From the NCBI GenBank assembly GCA_032718475.1, contig JAUCBJ010006281.1, positions 1 to 64,000 on the forward strand: DNA of 64,000 nt, given 5' to 3'. Shown piece after piece: positions 22,021 through 33,559 of the stretch. The notes under the pieces were generated by a model. It worked only from the letters and a program-made list of their open reading frames with translations. It was not told the DNA's origin and ran no database searches. A program made the translations under genes and the position numbers. How positions within the stretch are numbered: the stretch's first letter is position 1; the number at the start of each line of letters is the position of its first letter. The stretch is from Nemertoderma westbladi. Lineage: Eukaryota; Animalia; Xenacoelomorpha.

Positions 22021-25000
22021 GTAATGATGCATACCGGTAGTACTCCACCCCCTCAATGTAATTAATGTACCGGTAGTACCCCACCCCCTCAATGTAATGC
22101 ATATACCGGTGGTACCCCACCCCCTCAATGTAACGCATATACCGGTGGTACCCCACCCCCTCAATGTAATGCATATACCGGTGGTACCCCACCCCCTCAA
22201 TGTAACGCATATACCGGTGGTACCCCACCCCCTCAATGTAATTAATGTACCGGTAGTACCCCACCCCCTCAATGTAATGCATGTATACCGGTAGTACCCC
22301 ACCCCCTCAATGTAACGCATATACCGGTGGTACCCCACCCCCTCAATGTAATTAATGTACCGGTAGTACCCCACCCCCTCAATGTAACGCATATACCGGT
22401 GGTACCCCACCCCCTCAATGTAATGCATGTACCGGTGGTACCCCACCCCCCAATGTAATGCATGTACCGGTGGTACCCCACCCCCTCAATGTAATGCATA
22501 TACCGGTGGTACCCCACCCCCTCAATGTAATGCATATACCGGTGGTACCCCACCCCCTCAATGTAATTAATGTACCGGTAGTACCCCACCCCCTCAATGT
22601 AATGCATGTACCGGTGGTACCCCACCCCCTCAATGTAATGCATGTACCGGTAGTACCCCACCCCCTCAATGTAATGCATATACCGGTGGTACCCCACCCC
22701 CTCAATGTAACGCATATACCGGTGGTACCCCACCCCCTCAATGTAATGCATGTACCGGTAGTATCCCACCCCCCAATGTAATGCATGTACCGGTGGTACC
22801 CCACCCCCTCAATGTAATGCATATACCGGTGGTACCCCACCCCCTCAATGTAATGCATATACCGGTGGTACCCCACCCCCTCAATGTAATGCATATACCG
22901 GTGGTACCCCACCCCCTTAATGTAATGCATATACCGGTGGTACCCCACCCCCTCAATGTAATGCATGTACCGGTAGTACCCCACCCCCTCAATGTAATGC
23001 ATATACCGGTGGTACCCCACCCCCTCAATGTAATGCATATACCGGTGGTACCCCACCCCCTCAATGTAATGCATATACCGGTGGTACCCCACCCCCTCAA
23101 TGTAATGCATATACCGGTGGTACCCCACCCCCTCAATGTAATGCATATACCGGTGGTACCCCACCCCCTCAATGTAATGCATATACCGGTGGTACCCCAC
23201 CCCCTCAATGTAATGCATATACCGGTGGTACCCCACCCCCCCAATGTAATGCATGTACCGGTAGTACCCCACCCCCTCAATGTAATGCATATACCGGTGG
23301 TACCCCACCCCCTCAATGTAATGGATATACCGGTGGTACCCCACCCCCTCAATGTAATGCATATACCGGTGGTACCCCACCCCCTCAATGTAATGCATAT
23401 ACCGGTGGTACCCCACCCCCTCAATGTAATGCATATACCGGTGGTACCCCACCCCCTCAATGCAATGCATATACCGGTGGTACCCCACCCCCTCAATGTA
23501 ATGCATATACCGGTGGTACCCCACCCCCTCAATGTAATGCATATACCGGTGGTACCCCACCCCCTCATTGTAATGCATATACCGGTGGTACCCCACCCCC
23601 TCAATGTAATGCATATACCGGTGGTACCCCACCCCCTCATTGTAATGCATATACCGGTGGTACCCCACCCCCTCAATGTAATGCATATACCGGTGGTACC
23701 CCACCCCCTCATTGTAATGCATATACCGGTGGTACCCCACCCCCTCAATGTAATGCATATACCGGTGGTACCCCACCCCCTCAATGTAATGCATATACCG
23801 GTGGTACCCCACCCCCTCATTGTAATGCATATACCGGTGGTACCCCACCCCCTCAATGTAATGCATATACTGGTGGTACCCCACCCCCTCAATGTAATGC
23901 ATATACCGGTGGTACCCCACCCCCTCAATGCAATGCATATACCGGTGGTACCCCACCCCCTCATTGTAATGCATATACCGGTGGTACCCCACCCCCTCAT
24001 TGTAATGCATATACCGGTGGTACCCCACCCCCTCAATGTAATGCATATACCGGTGGTACCCCACCCTCTCAATGTAATGCATATACCGGTGGTACCCCAC
24101 CCCCTCATTGTAATGCATATACTGGTGGTACCCCACACCCTCATTGTAATGCATATACCGGTGGTACCCCACCCCCTCAATGTAATGCATATACCGGTGA
24201 TAACCCACCCCCTCATTGTAATGCATATACCGGTGGTACCCCACCCCCTCATTGTAATGCATATACCGGTGGTACCCCACCCCCTCAATGTAATGCATAT
24301 ACCGGTGGTACCCCACCCCCTCATTGTAATGCATATACCGGTGGTACCCCACACCCTCATTGTAATGCATATACCAGTGGTACCCCACCCCCTCAATGTA
24401 ATGCATATACCGGTGATAACCCACCCCCTCAATGTAATGCATATACCGGTGGTACCCCACCCCCTCAATGTAATGCATATACCGGTGGTACCCCACCCCC
24501 TCAATGTAATGCATATACCGGTGGTACCCCACCCCCTCAATGTAATGCATATACCGGTGGTACCCCACCCCCTCATTGTAATGCATATACTGGTGGTACC
24601 CCACACCCTCATTGTAATGCATATACCGGTGGTACCCCACCCCCTCAATGTAATGCATATACCGGTGATAACACACCCCCTCATTGTAATGCATATACCG
24701 GTGGTACCCCACCCCCTCATTGTAATGCATATACCGGTGGTACCCCACACCCTCATTGTAATGCATATACCAGTGGTACCCCACCCCCTCAATGTAATGC
24801 ATATACCGGTGGTACCCCACCCCCTCATTGTAATGCATATACCGGTGGTACCCCACCCCCTCATTGTAATGCATATACCGGTGGTAACCCACACACTCAT
24901 TGTAATGCATATACCGGTGGTACCCCACCCCCTCAATGTAATGCATATACCGGTGATAACCCACCCCCTCATTGTAATGCATATACCGGTGGTACCCCAC

Positions 25001-25277
25001 ACCCTCATTGTAATGCATATACCGGTGGTACCCCACCCCCTCATTGTAATGCATATACCGGTGGTACCCCACCCCCTCAATGTAATGCATATACCGGTGG
25101 TACCCCACCCCCTCAATGTAATGCATATACCGGTGGTACCCCACCCCCTCAATGTAATGCATATACCGGTGGTACCCCACCCCCTCATTGTAATGCATAT
25201 ACCGGTGGTACCCCACCCCCTCAATGTAATGCATATACCGGTGGTCCCCACCCCCTCAATGTAATGCTGGTGGTACT
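22021..25277. repeat. 36-bp minisatellite, about 90 copies
   Basis: Unit TGTAATGCATATACCGGTGGTACCCCACCCCCTCAA; accounts for all 12-aa-repeat ORFs in the track. Confidence 0.98.
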
Positions 25278-25921
25278 AATATAATAAAGTATATATATAA
25301 TATATTAAAGTGATTATGAGTGGGGAGGCTTAGCGCTTAGCGACATAAAAAGGTGAAAACGTGATAAAACTGTCAAAAGTGAGTAAATTGTCTTTGCGCG
25401 AGAACTGAGAACCATAGTCAGTGGGTATAGATATTTTGATGCGTTTTCAAATGTAAAATTTTACCGAATTTAAAATTAAAATTTTTTCGCAGCACCACTT
25501 TTTTTTACACAATTTTTACCAAACAATATTGTCTATGCAACACACAGGTTTATTAGTAATAGTGCCACGCCTGTAGTAGTGGTGGAAACGGTATCTACAC
25601 ACCCAGTACTAGTACTCCAGCCTCCACAGCTGTCTGATTATGCCAGTCATGGCAAGGATTTGCCCCTGAGGCTGCACCTTGTGGCTACGTGAACCACGAA
25701 GGCACATCAAAGCTGAGTTCACCTTGTGAATTTCAGTTTGGTTCGCATCAAATTGTAAATAATTGTATTATGTATATTATGTATTATGTTAATTGTATGG
25801 AATAATTGTATAAATATATTGTGATATGGAATATGTGTTGTATGTATGTTGTGTGTTATATTCTACAGTATATTCTTGGCCTGTAGTAAATATACTTACT
25901 GTGTACAGTATATACAAATAG

Positions 25922-26053
25922 TGATGTAATGTAAATGGTTTTGTTCAGAAGTGGAAAAAATGAGAAAGCGCGTCACCAGGGGTTGAACCAGCGCTATACC
26001 TACCTTTCCGCCTAACTTTTCCACTTCTGAACAAAACCATTTACATTACATCA
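25922..26053. repeat. 37-bp perfect inverted repeat enclosing the 3' half of the 18.4-kb hammerhead family element
   Basis: Arms 25922-25958 and 26017-26053; minus strand GTATAGCGCTGGTTCAA...GTGACGCGCTTTCTCATTTTTT matches 18410-18460. Confidence 0.85.
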
Positions 26054-26862
26054 TTAATTACAGTTGCAACAGGTCATCTCCAATTTATACAAATAGTAAC
26101 CGCTAACAATATGTACATGTTAAATTATTGCATGTTTGTATTATTTTCTTGTGTCATATTTAATGTAACTAATTTTTACTCGCTGTGTCACAGTTATTTG
26201 TTAATTTTAATAACAAGGCAAGCTGTATTTTTGAGATGTTCGTTTATATATGTAGAGTTTGTTAAATCAACTGTGACACAGTAAGGTCGAACAAAACGGG
26301 TCCGTAGTTTGGAGAGATATGAGACATGAACTTCATTTTATAACATTGTACATTAAAGTAGGCCTACCCGGGTAAAACGTACGAAGGTGAAGTGTATATA
26401 TAGTTTATTTCGATTTCAAATTTCAGTCTATTTGTGTCTAAAGTCAGGAATCTTGAAGTTTCAGAATAAAAATATCATTATATACTGTACGGGTACGCCA
26501 TGTCCTGTTTCTGTTGTTTAATTTTATTGTCAATTTCTTTCATTTTTGTATGACTCGCTGCATCCCATCCACTGTAGACGTAAACTTAAATCATGAGCTC
26601 AGATCAAAATTACTAATTGAGTTTGTAAGTCCCTTTCTATCCCCACAGTGGTGTTGCTCTGCCCCCCCCCCCCCCCCCCCTCCCCCACTGTAATCAGCGA
26701 CCAATCACTTTATTTATCTTCTAAAATTCACCTCACTGTGTGCAACCAATTTTCTTTACTGTAGTTTGATTTACCAACACCGCATCAAATGTCTCACTTG
26801 AGATTACAAGGTTGAGAATACAGTATATAATGTAATAGGGCAGATAATTTGATAATGCTCTC

Positions 26863-26989
26863 CATAGCGAAAAATATCAACCGACCCTATTGGGGCTTGA
26901 ACACCTAGTTTTCAAACTTCCGGTTATCATCAGCCGGGTGTGTGTCCTAAGACCACTGAGCTACCAGGATGGGTGAAGAATTCGCTATG
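26863..26989 (-). mobile_element. tRNA-derived SINE head / pseudo-tRNA
   Basis: A-box TAGCTCAGTGG (26963-26953) and B-box GTTCAAGCC (26902-26894); no canonical anticodon arm. Confidence 0.65.
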
Positions 26990-27661
26990 AAGTGGGAATT
27001 CTATCATCACCTAAAATTATACAACTTCATAAACTGTGAAAGCCGAGATCCAACTGATTTTTCTAAGTATTAATCAATCACTAATGATACCCTGTCAGGG
27101 GTAAAGGTTACAGATTTGATGGTTATACTAAGTCACTCATTTTCTCAATTTAATAATTTATTGACAGTTTCTAAGCTTTGAACCTTAGATTAGTAAGTAT
27201 GAATGAACAAGTTTCTCAAGGACAAAGTGATGTGTCAAGGATTAACAAGCTTATTTGATATGCTATGAAGCTAAATCTGAGTACATTAAGCTTCATTATC
27301 TTAAAGGCATTAATCATATCCACTGAATACTAAATAATCCTTTGACTTATTCAGACATAATCATTATATTTAATGAAGATGAACATTTAATCCTTCCTAT
27401 TACATAAAAAGATCTACACATAATCCATTTTGCAAATGTCAAAATAATTAGATTTGAAAATGTAGTATTATCAGATGTTGACAGATGAAACTAAATTGAG
27501 TTTAAGCTTCCCCCTTACTAATAAATTTGTTTATTTTTACATAGGTGTGTATAAAGTACAAATTTACAGATAATACTCCATGTGATTTGCTACTCTAACA
27601 AAGTAGTGAGAGCAAAAAAAGCCATGAGGAGTTGAACATTGTAAATCAATGTAAATCAATT

Positions 27662-27770
27662 AAATGGTACTATTGCATAATGAAACAACTTAAATACTTG
27701 TACTCATGCACAGACTCCCAGTGCATGAGTACAAGTATTTAAGTTGTTTCATTATGCAATTGTACCATTT
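27662..27770. repeat. 50-bp inverted repeat (1 mismatch, 9-nt loop)
   Basis: Arms 27662-27711 and 27721-27770. Confidence 0.95.
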
Positions 27771-28042
27771 CAAAACAAACAGGATATGTAGGTTTCAAGT
27801 TTATAAAATGGGTATTGAAGAACCAAAGCATTGATAGAAAAAAGTTCACCCATCAATTGAAAATATTTTGCAAATTTTAGCATTTGCAGTACCATATATA
27901 TATATATATATGTATATATTTATTTGCTGACTTCAAGTTTCAGGTTCCTTCATTGTAGATTTACTACTCCCCAAGTTACTTATAAAATCAATTTTCATGT
28001 ACTATTTCGCTATCTTGAGTTCATTCCAGCTAGGAATACTAT

Positions 28043-28130
28043 TGTACTACTACTAGTTTCGGCATGCTGCATTGCAGCTGCATTTTTAAGAATGCCTTGC
28101 CGTCTTGTCAACAAAATTGCACCACCACAA
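28043..28130 (-). mobile_element. Very short 3' end of RTE family A
   Basis: TACTACTACTAG tail plus CGGCATGCTGCATTGCAGCTGCATTTTTAAGAATG; a similar remnant lies at 5652-5682 (+). Confidence 0.85.
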
Positions 28131-28217
28131 TATTTCAATGTTTCGCAATGTTTCATATGTTCTATGATTTTCTTTTTCTCTTTTAATATAACAACATGAA
28201 TTAAGATTTATAATGGA

Positions 28218-28973
28218 AGTTATACTATCATTATGTAAGATATTCAATTAAGTATTAATGTAAAGTGTTAGTTATACTATCATTATGTAAGCTATTGAAT
28301 TAAGTATTAATGTATCATTATGTAAGATATTCAATTAAGTATTAATGTATCATTATGTAAGATATTCAATTAAGTATTAATGTAAGGTGTTAGTTATACT
28401 ATCATTATGTAAGCTATTGAATTAAGTATTAATGTATCATTATGTAAGATATTGAATTAAGTATTAATGTATCATTATGTAAGATATTCAATTAAGTATT
28501 AATGTAAAGTGTTATACTATCATTATGTAAGCTATTGAATTAAGTATTAATGCATCATTATGTAAGATATTGAATTAAGTATTAATGTATCATTATGTAA
28601 GATATTCAATTAAGTATTAATGTAAAGTGTTAGTTATACTATCATTATGTAAGCTATTGAATTAAGTATTAATGTATCATTATGTAAGATATTCAATTAA
28701 GTATTAATGTATCATTATGTAAGATATTCAATTAAGTATTAATGTAAGGTGTTAGTTATACTATCATTATGTAAGCTATTGAATTAAGTATTAATGTATC
28801 ATTATGTAAGATATTGAATTAAGTATTAATGTATCATTATGTAAGATATTCAATTAAGTATTAATGTAAAGTGTTATACTATCATTATGTAAGCTATTGA
28901 ATTAAGTATTAATGCATCATTATGTAAGATATTGAATTAAGTATTAATGTATCATTATGTAAGATATTCAATT
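28218..28973. repeat. AT-rich satellite of 35-bp and 48-52-bp units with trimeric higher-order structure
   Basis: Unit ATCATTATGTAAGATATTCAATTAAGTATTAATGT; every third unit adds AAAGTGTTAGTTATACT. Confidence 0.95.
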
Positions 28974-31900
28974 CGAAGAGTCATTTTTTGTGACGTCTGT
29001 AGATCAATATATCATTTACCCTGCGGCACGTTTCTTAATTTTACAGAAGTACACAATTGTACAGGATTAATGTGTATTTATTGTTATAATTGTATGTTTC
29101 CGTTTGCGTTTATAGACAATGATGATTCAGATATATTTTCTGAACCCATTTGTGATTCCGATGTGGATATTCACTCCAGCATTACAAACACACTTTTTGA
29201 TTCGATTGATCCTGTTACAAATTGTGCCAACTATAATATACCCGGCGGTTACTACGACCATGACAGTTTTAATTCTAAATTTAATAAAACCAAATTATTC
29301 TCTGTTTTTCATTTAAATATAAGAAGTTTAAAAACAAACCAATTAGAAACCACATACTTCTTAGATATGTTAAATAAGGATTTTGATGTTCTCACATTTT
29401 CTGAAACTTTCATAAGTGATGTCGACAACCTAGATTTTTTAAAATTAGAAGGATACCAAGGACCGTTCACTGGTAATCATCGGACTATCGGTTGCAAGCA
29501 TTGCGGTGGTGTAACCATTTTTGTAAAGGATGGAATTGAAGTACAGGACCGTGTTGACCTAAAGTTAACAGGTATTGAAAATATTTGGTTGCAGTTACAC
29601 GTTCCAAGATCATGGCCAATGGTTGTTAGTTGTATCTATAGACCTGACACCGTCACTCTTGACGATTTCCAAATGAAAATCGAAATGAGTTTAACTTTGC
29701 TAGGCAAGTCGAAAGTGCGCTGTATTATTACAGGGGATTTTAATATGGACCTTTAAAAAAATAAACCATTACAGAATAAGTATATTGATCTATTTAGCTC
29801 ATACGGTTTTGACCAATTAATCAAAGTTGCTACTCGTATATCACCCAACGGAACTAAAACACTATTGGACTATTGGACACTTATTTGCTTTGCTTTTTTG
29901 CTACCAATAGAAATACTAATTCCGGAGTTTTTTCGTCTCAGATTGGCACAACAGACCATCTGTCTACATTTGTAACCATCGAAAATTTTTCCAATTATTT
30001 TGCGCCCCAAAACAGATACATTAGAGTCTTTGACTACACAAACTTTAATGTGTTTATCTGTTTCTCCGTGATTTAAATAATCACATCACTTGGTCTTACA
30101 AAAATCCAACCATTCCAAACAAAAAAAAGTTTGATCATTTCTACAAAAATTTTGAAGCCGTTTGCAACAAACATTTAAAAACAAAAACTATTCCGAAACG
30201 GAAACAACCAAGGAAACCTTGGATGTCCCTAAATTTAATTAAATGTACTAAAAAAAGTATAAAATGTATGCTGTTTATGCTGCTCATCCTAGTGATGCCA
30301 AATTTTCTGAGTACAAGAATTACCGAAATATCCTGAGTAAAGCACTACGTGATGCACAAAAACAATATTTTGAAAACCGTTTTTTTTTAAATAAAAACAA
30401 TACCAAAAAAACATGGCATACTATCAATAGCATTTTAAAAGGTCAAAGAAAACCAATGTACCAAAATCTCTTATTGACAACACCTCTGTACTCTCACTCA
30501 CTTACAGTACCTCTGACTTGCCTAGCATAGTTAATAAATTTAATAGTTTTTTTACAACTATTGGTCCACAACTTGCGTCTTGTGTGCCTCCGTCCCGGCG
30601 GGACCCCAGTCGTCAGTCACATTTCTAACAAACACCATCAATCGTTTACTTTAGTTGAAACTTCAGTAGTGGAGGTTAAATATCACTTACTGCTGCTGGA
30701 TGTGTAAATACATCTACAAATGACACATTATTACACACATGCTGTAATAGCACGGGTTACCCCCGTATTTAAAAATGGCAGTCCCACCAACTGCAGCAAT
30801 TACAGACCGATTTCTGTGTTACCCATTTTAATAAAATTTATGAAAATATTCTCGAGCAACAGTTACGGTGTTTCATTGAAAAATATTTGACTAAAAATCA
30901 ATATGGTTTCCGAAAAAAAATGAAAACAACTGATGCGCTCTTGTCGGTTACTGAAAAATTAAGGATTGCGTCATGACATACAACTGACTGTTGTTATTTT
31001 TCTTGATTTGAAAAAATGTTTCGACACTCTTGACCATTCCATTTTATAAAAAAAATTAAACTTGTATGGAGTGCGCGGGATGCCTCACAATCTATTTACG
31101 GATTACTTAATTAACAGACGCCAATGTGTATCGATACAAAATTGTAAATCTGACTGGCTTGGAATTTCTTGCGGAATTCCACAGGGATCTGTCCTGGGTC
31201 CTTCGTTATTTTTGATATATGTCAATTACCTACCGTCGGCGTCAACATTTATAACGACCCTGTTTGCTGACGATACATCATTGATGTGCATCTTGAATCA
31301 TATGCAAAATCTAACGCAGACGGTAAATACAGAAATAGTCAAAGTATCGGATTGGCTTATTGACAATAAATTAACTATAAATATTGATAAGTCAGAATAA
31401 ACGATATTTTTTAACAGCAAAAGTGGTAATTCTAGTACCCCCAATATAAAACATAAAAATTCAGTGTTAAAATCAACTCCAACATCCCAATATTTAGGAC
31501 TCTTCATTCATAGATAGGAATCTCAGCTGGAAGCCACATTGTAATTACATACTAAAAAAAATCGCTAAGACAATAGGCATCTTTTATGAAATACGGCATT
31601 ATGTACCTCTACATATTTTGCGCCTTGCGCCTTCTTTATTTTTCATTAATTCATCCATTTATCGATTACGGGTTAATTGTATGGGGTAACTAATTCAATA
31701 ATTAATCCTATCCGTACTAAAATTAATAAATTACTGCGTGCAATCACATTTAGTGATAGATTTTCCTCTTCTGTGCCTATTTACAAATCTTTGAATATTT
31801 TACCTATCCAAACGCTCTACAAATACCAGGTTTTAATATTTATGTATAATGTTTTAAAGGGTAATTGTCCAAGCGATTTAAAAAGGTTGTTTTCTAAGAC

Positions 31901-32093
31901 TGACGCTGTCCATTCCCATAGAACACCGTCGGCTAGCCAAAAAATTTCTATATCCCATCAAATCTCAAAAATCATTAAAATATCAGGGTCCTTTTTTGTG
32001 GAATTTATTGCCTATTTCATTTCAATTAAAGAGTGTCAATCATTAAACATATTTTCTGCTAAACTAAAAACATATTTAATTAATGAACTGTAA
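28974..32093 (+). mobile_element. Decayed CR1/L2-group LINE ORF2 (PHD-like, APE, RT)
   Basis: CDVC..YHLPC..CIYC; HLNIRSL, FSET, GGV, IYRP, GDFN, TDH; GIPQGSVLGP, FADD; multiple stops and frameshifts. Confidence 0.9.
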
Positions 32094-32299
32094 CTGTGGG
32101 GTCTATGTCTGGTGCTTTGGTCAGTTTTCATTGGGGTGTTGCTAACGGCTCGTATTATTAACGTTGTTGTCTATTCCGTTATCCACTTATAATTTGGGTA
32201 TAGTTTATTTCTAACTTTGCTCCTTGTGTGTAATTTTTAATTCAAATGTCGTGCCTACGTACAGATGGATCGTCACTTTTATGTATTCATATATTTCTA

Positions 32300-32565
32300 C
32301 GCGAGCTGAAAATTACATAGGTGAAACTGTAGGTCCACTACGTGACTCCATTATGAAGCATCATAACTCTATTCGGAATGCCAACAGGAAAGAATCCATC
32401 GGCGAACACTTTCTAGACGCACACCCCAGCCACAGTAGTGAACCTCATCCCTTTACCGTTTGACTCAGATTCACCTGTACTGTAAGGACTGGACTGATAG
32501 AAAAATTACAGAAAAATATCTCATTACTCACGAACACCCACACTTAATAGACAATATAACATAGC
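32300..32565 (+). mobile_element. Penelope-like element GIY-YIG endonuclease relic
   Basis: YIGET..PL...HHNSIR...SIGEHF...H then DWTDRKITEKYLI..HP; broken by a stop and a frameshift. Confidence 0.75.
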
Positions 32566-32834
32566 ATATAATAGAGGATGGTAAAACTCATTATTTTTCT
32601 GGTTATAAAATATTTGTAGGATTCTAACTGGGTTCTTATACATATAATTTGTATAATATGTAACATACTGTATAATAAAATATTTGTGCTACGCGTAGCT
32701 GACGGGCTATATGTTGAACCACTGGACCCGTCCAGTACCGGTACTATCAGACTGTTGGTGCAGTAGTGGTGTAGTTATATTAGTGCTGTTAGGTTAAGTA
32801 GTGTTTAGATTTTAGTAGTTAGGCATTACCGAGC

Positions 32835-32913
32835 TGCCCTGTTGAAGGCCTGTTTGTTTGTTTTATATTGTTTCAATATAATTTCATGTTTGGGCCGAAA
32901 TATTGGCAATAAA
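32835..32913 (+). ncRNA. Degenerate minimal hammerhead ribozyme followed by AATAAA (pLTR-like)
   Basis: Stem I TGCC/GGCA; core CTGTTGA; stem II GGCCT/GGGCC with inner TTATATTG/CAATATAA hairpin; GAAA; AATATT palindrome; lies downstream of the GIY-YIG relic. Confidence 0.6.
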
Positions 32914-33094
32914 CTCAATTTTGACCACCCACAGATCTGCTACCCGCCTTTAATCCTTTAAGTAATTTCTGAATATTTTCTTTCCCCAAGCAGTAGTTCA
33001 CGCAGCAATATGAGTTGGATTTGAAAGCTCAATGAACGGCCTAGAGAACTTTCTTTGGCTAGGAAATGTTAACAATACATGTTGTTGTGGCTGG

Positions 33095-33260
33095 TTGGAT
33101 GGTGGAACTGTGGGTCATAACTTTACATATTTTTTGACCATCACCACATCTTCTGGCCAATGGTTCATACAAGTATCTTTAGTGATATCAAAATCTGCCC
33201 TAGATTTTAATGTATTTATTTTATCCCATCTATGTGATGATGGAGATCTATAACAGGTGT
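33095..33260 (-). mobile_element. THAP-like N-terminal relic of a P-element-type transposase
   Basis: YRSP...W..I...RADF..TKDT-CMNHWPED...VKK..K..PTVPPS pattern with an internal stop. Confidence 0.45.
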
Positions 33261-33559
33261 AACATGTTAAACTGCACTCTGCTTCGAATCCTAGTAGTAG
33301 GCCTAAAAACAACAAAACCTAGCCAAGATTGCACCTAACAGCCTATCACTAATATTAATTTAAAATTAAATATCAGAATCAGAGAATACCAAAGTGCCTT
33401 TTGGAAACTATTTGTGTGACTTAGCAGCATTTAAATTTAGCTTCATCTGCTTACTATCTATCTACACAACAGCAGTAATACATGAATTCGTGCATGTGTT
33501 CTGTATTATACCATGCTGCGATGCTGGATTTGCACTTCTACCAGATGCTACATTCAACA

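Noticed and set aside
21832-25264. 800-940-aa His/Tyr/Gly- or Pro/Val-rich repeat proteins
   Set aside because: By-product of a 36-bp unit that is stop-free in three frames; frames shift at C-run indels; no signal peptide or splice support.
26863-26989. Functional tRNA gene, or hammerhead because of CTGATGA
   Set aside because: No canonical cloverleaf or anticodon loop; CTGATGA lies in a hairpin loop without stem II and GAAA geometry.
33115-33315. Secreted Ly6/three-finger protein (signal-like stretch then LTCYTC)
   Set aside because: Remaining cysteines are missing, the hydrophobic part is the antisense of a TAGTAG-like tract, and the rest fits a THAP-like relic.
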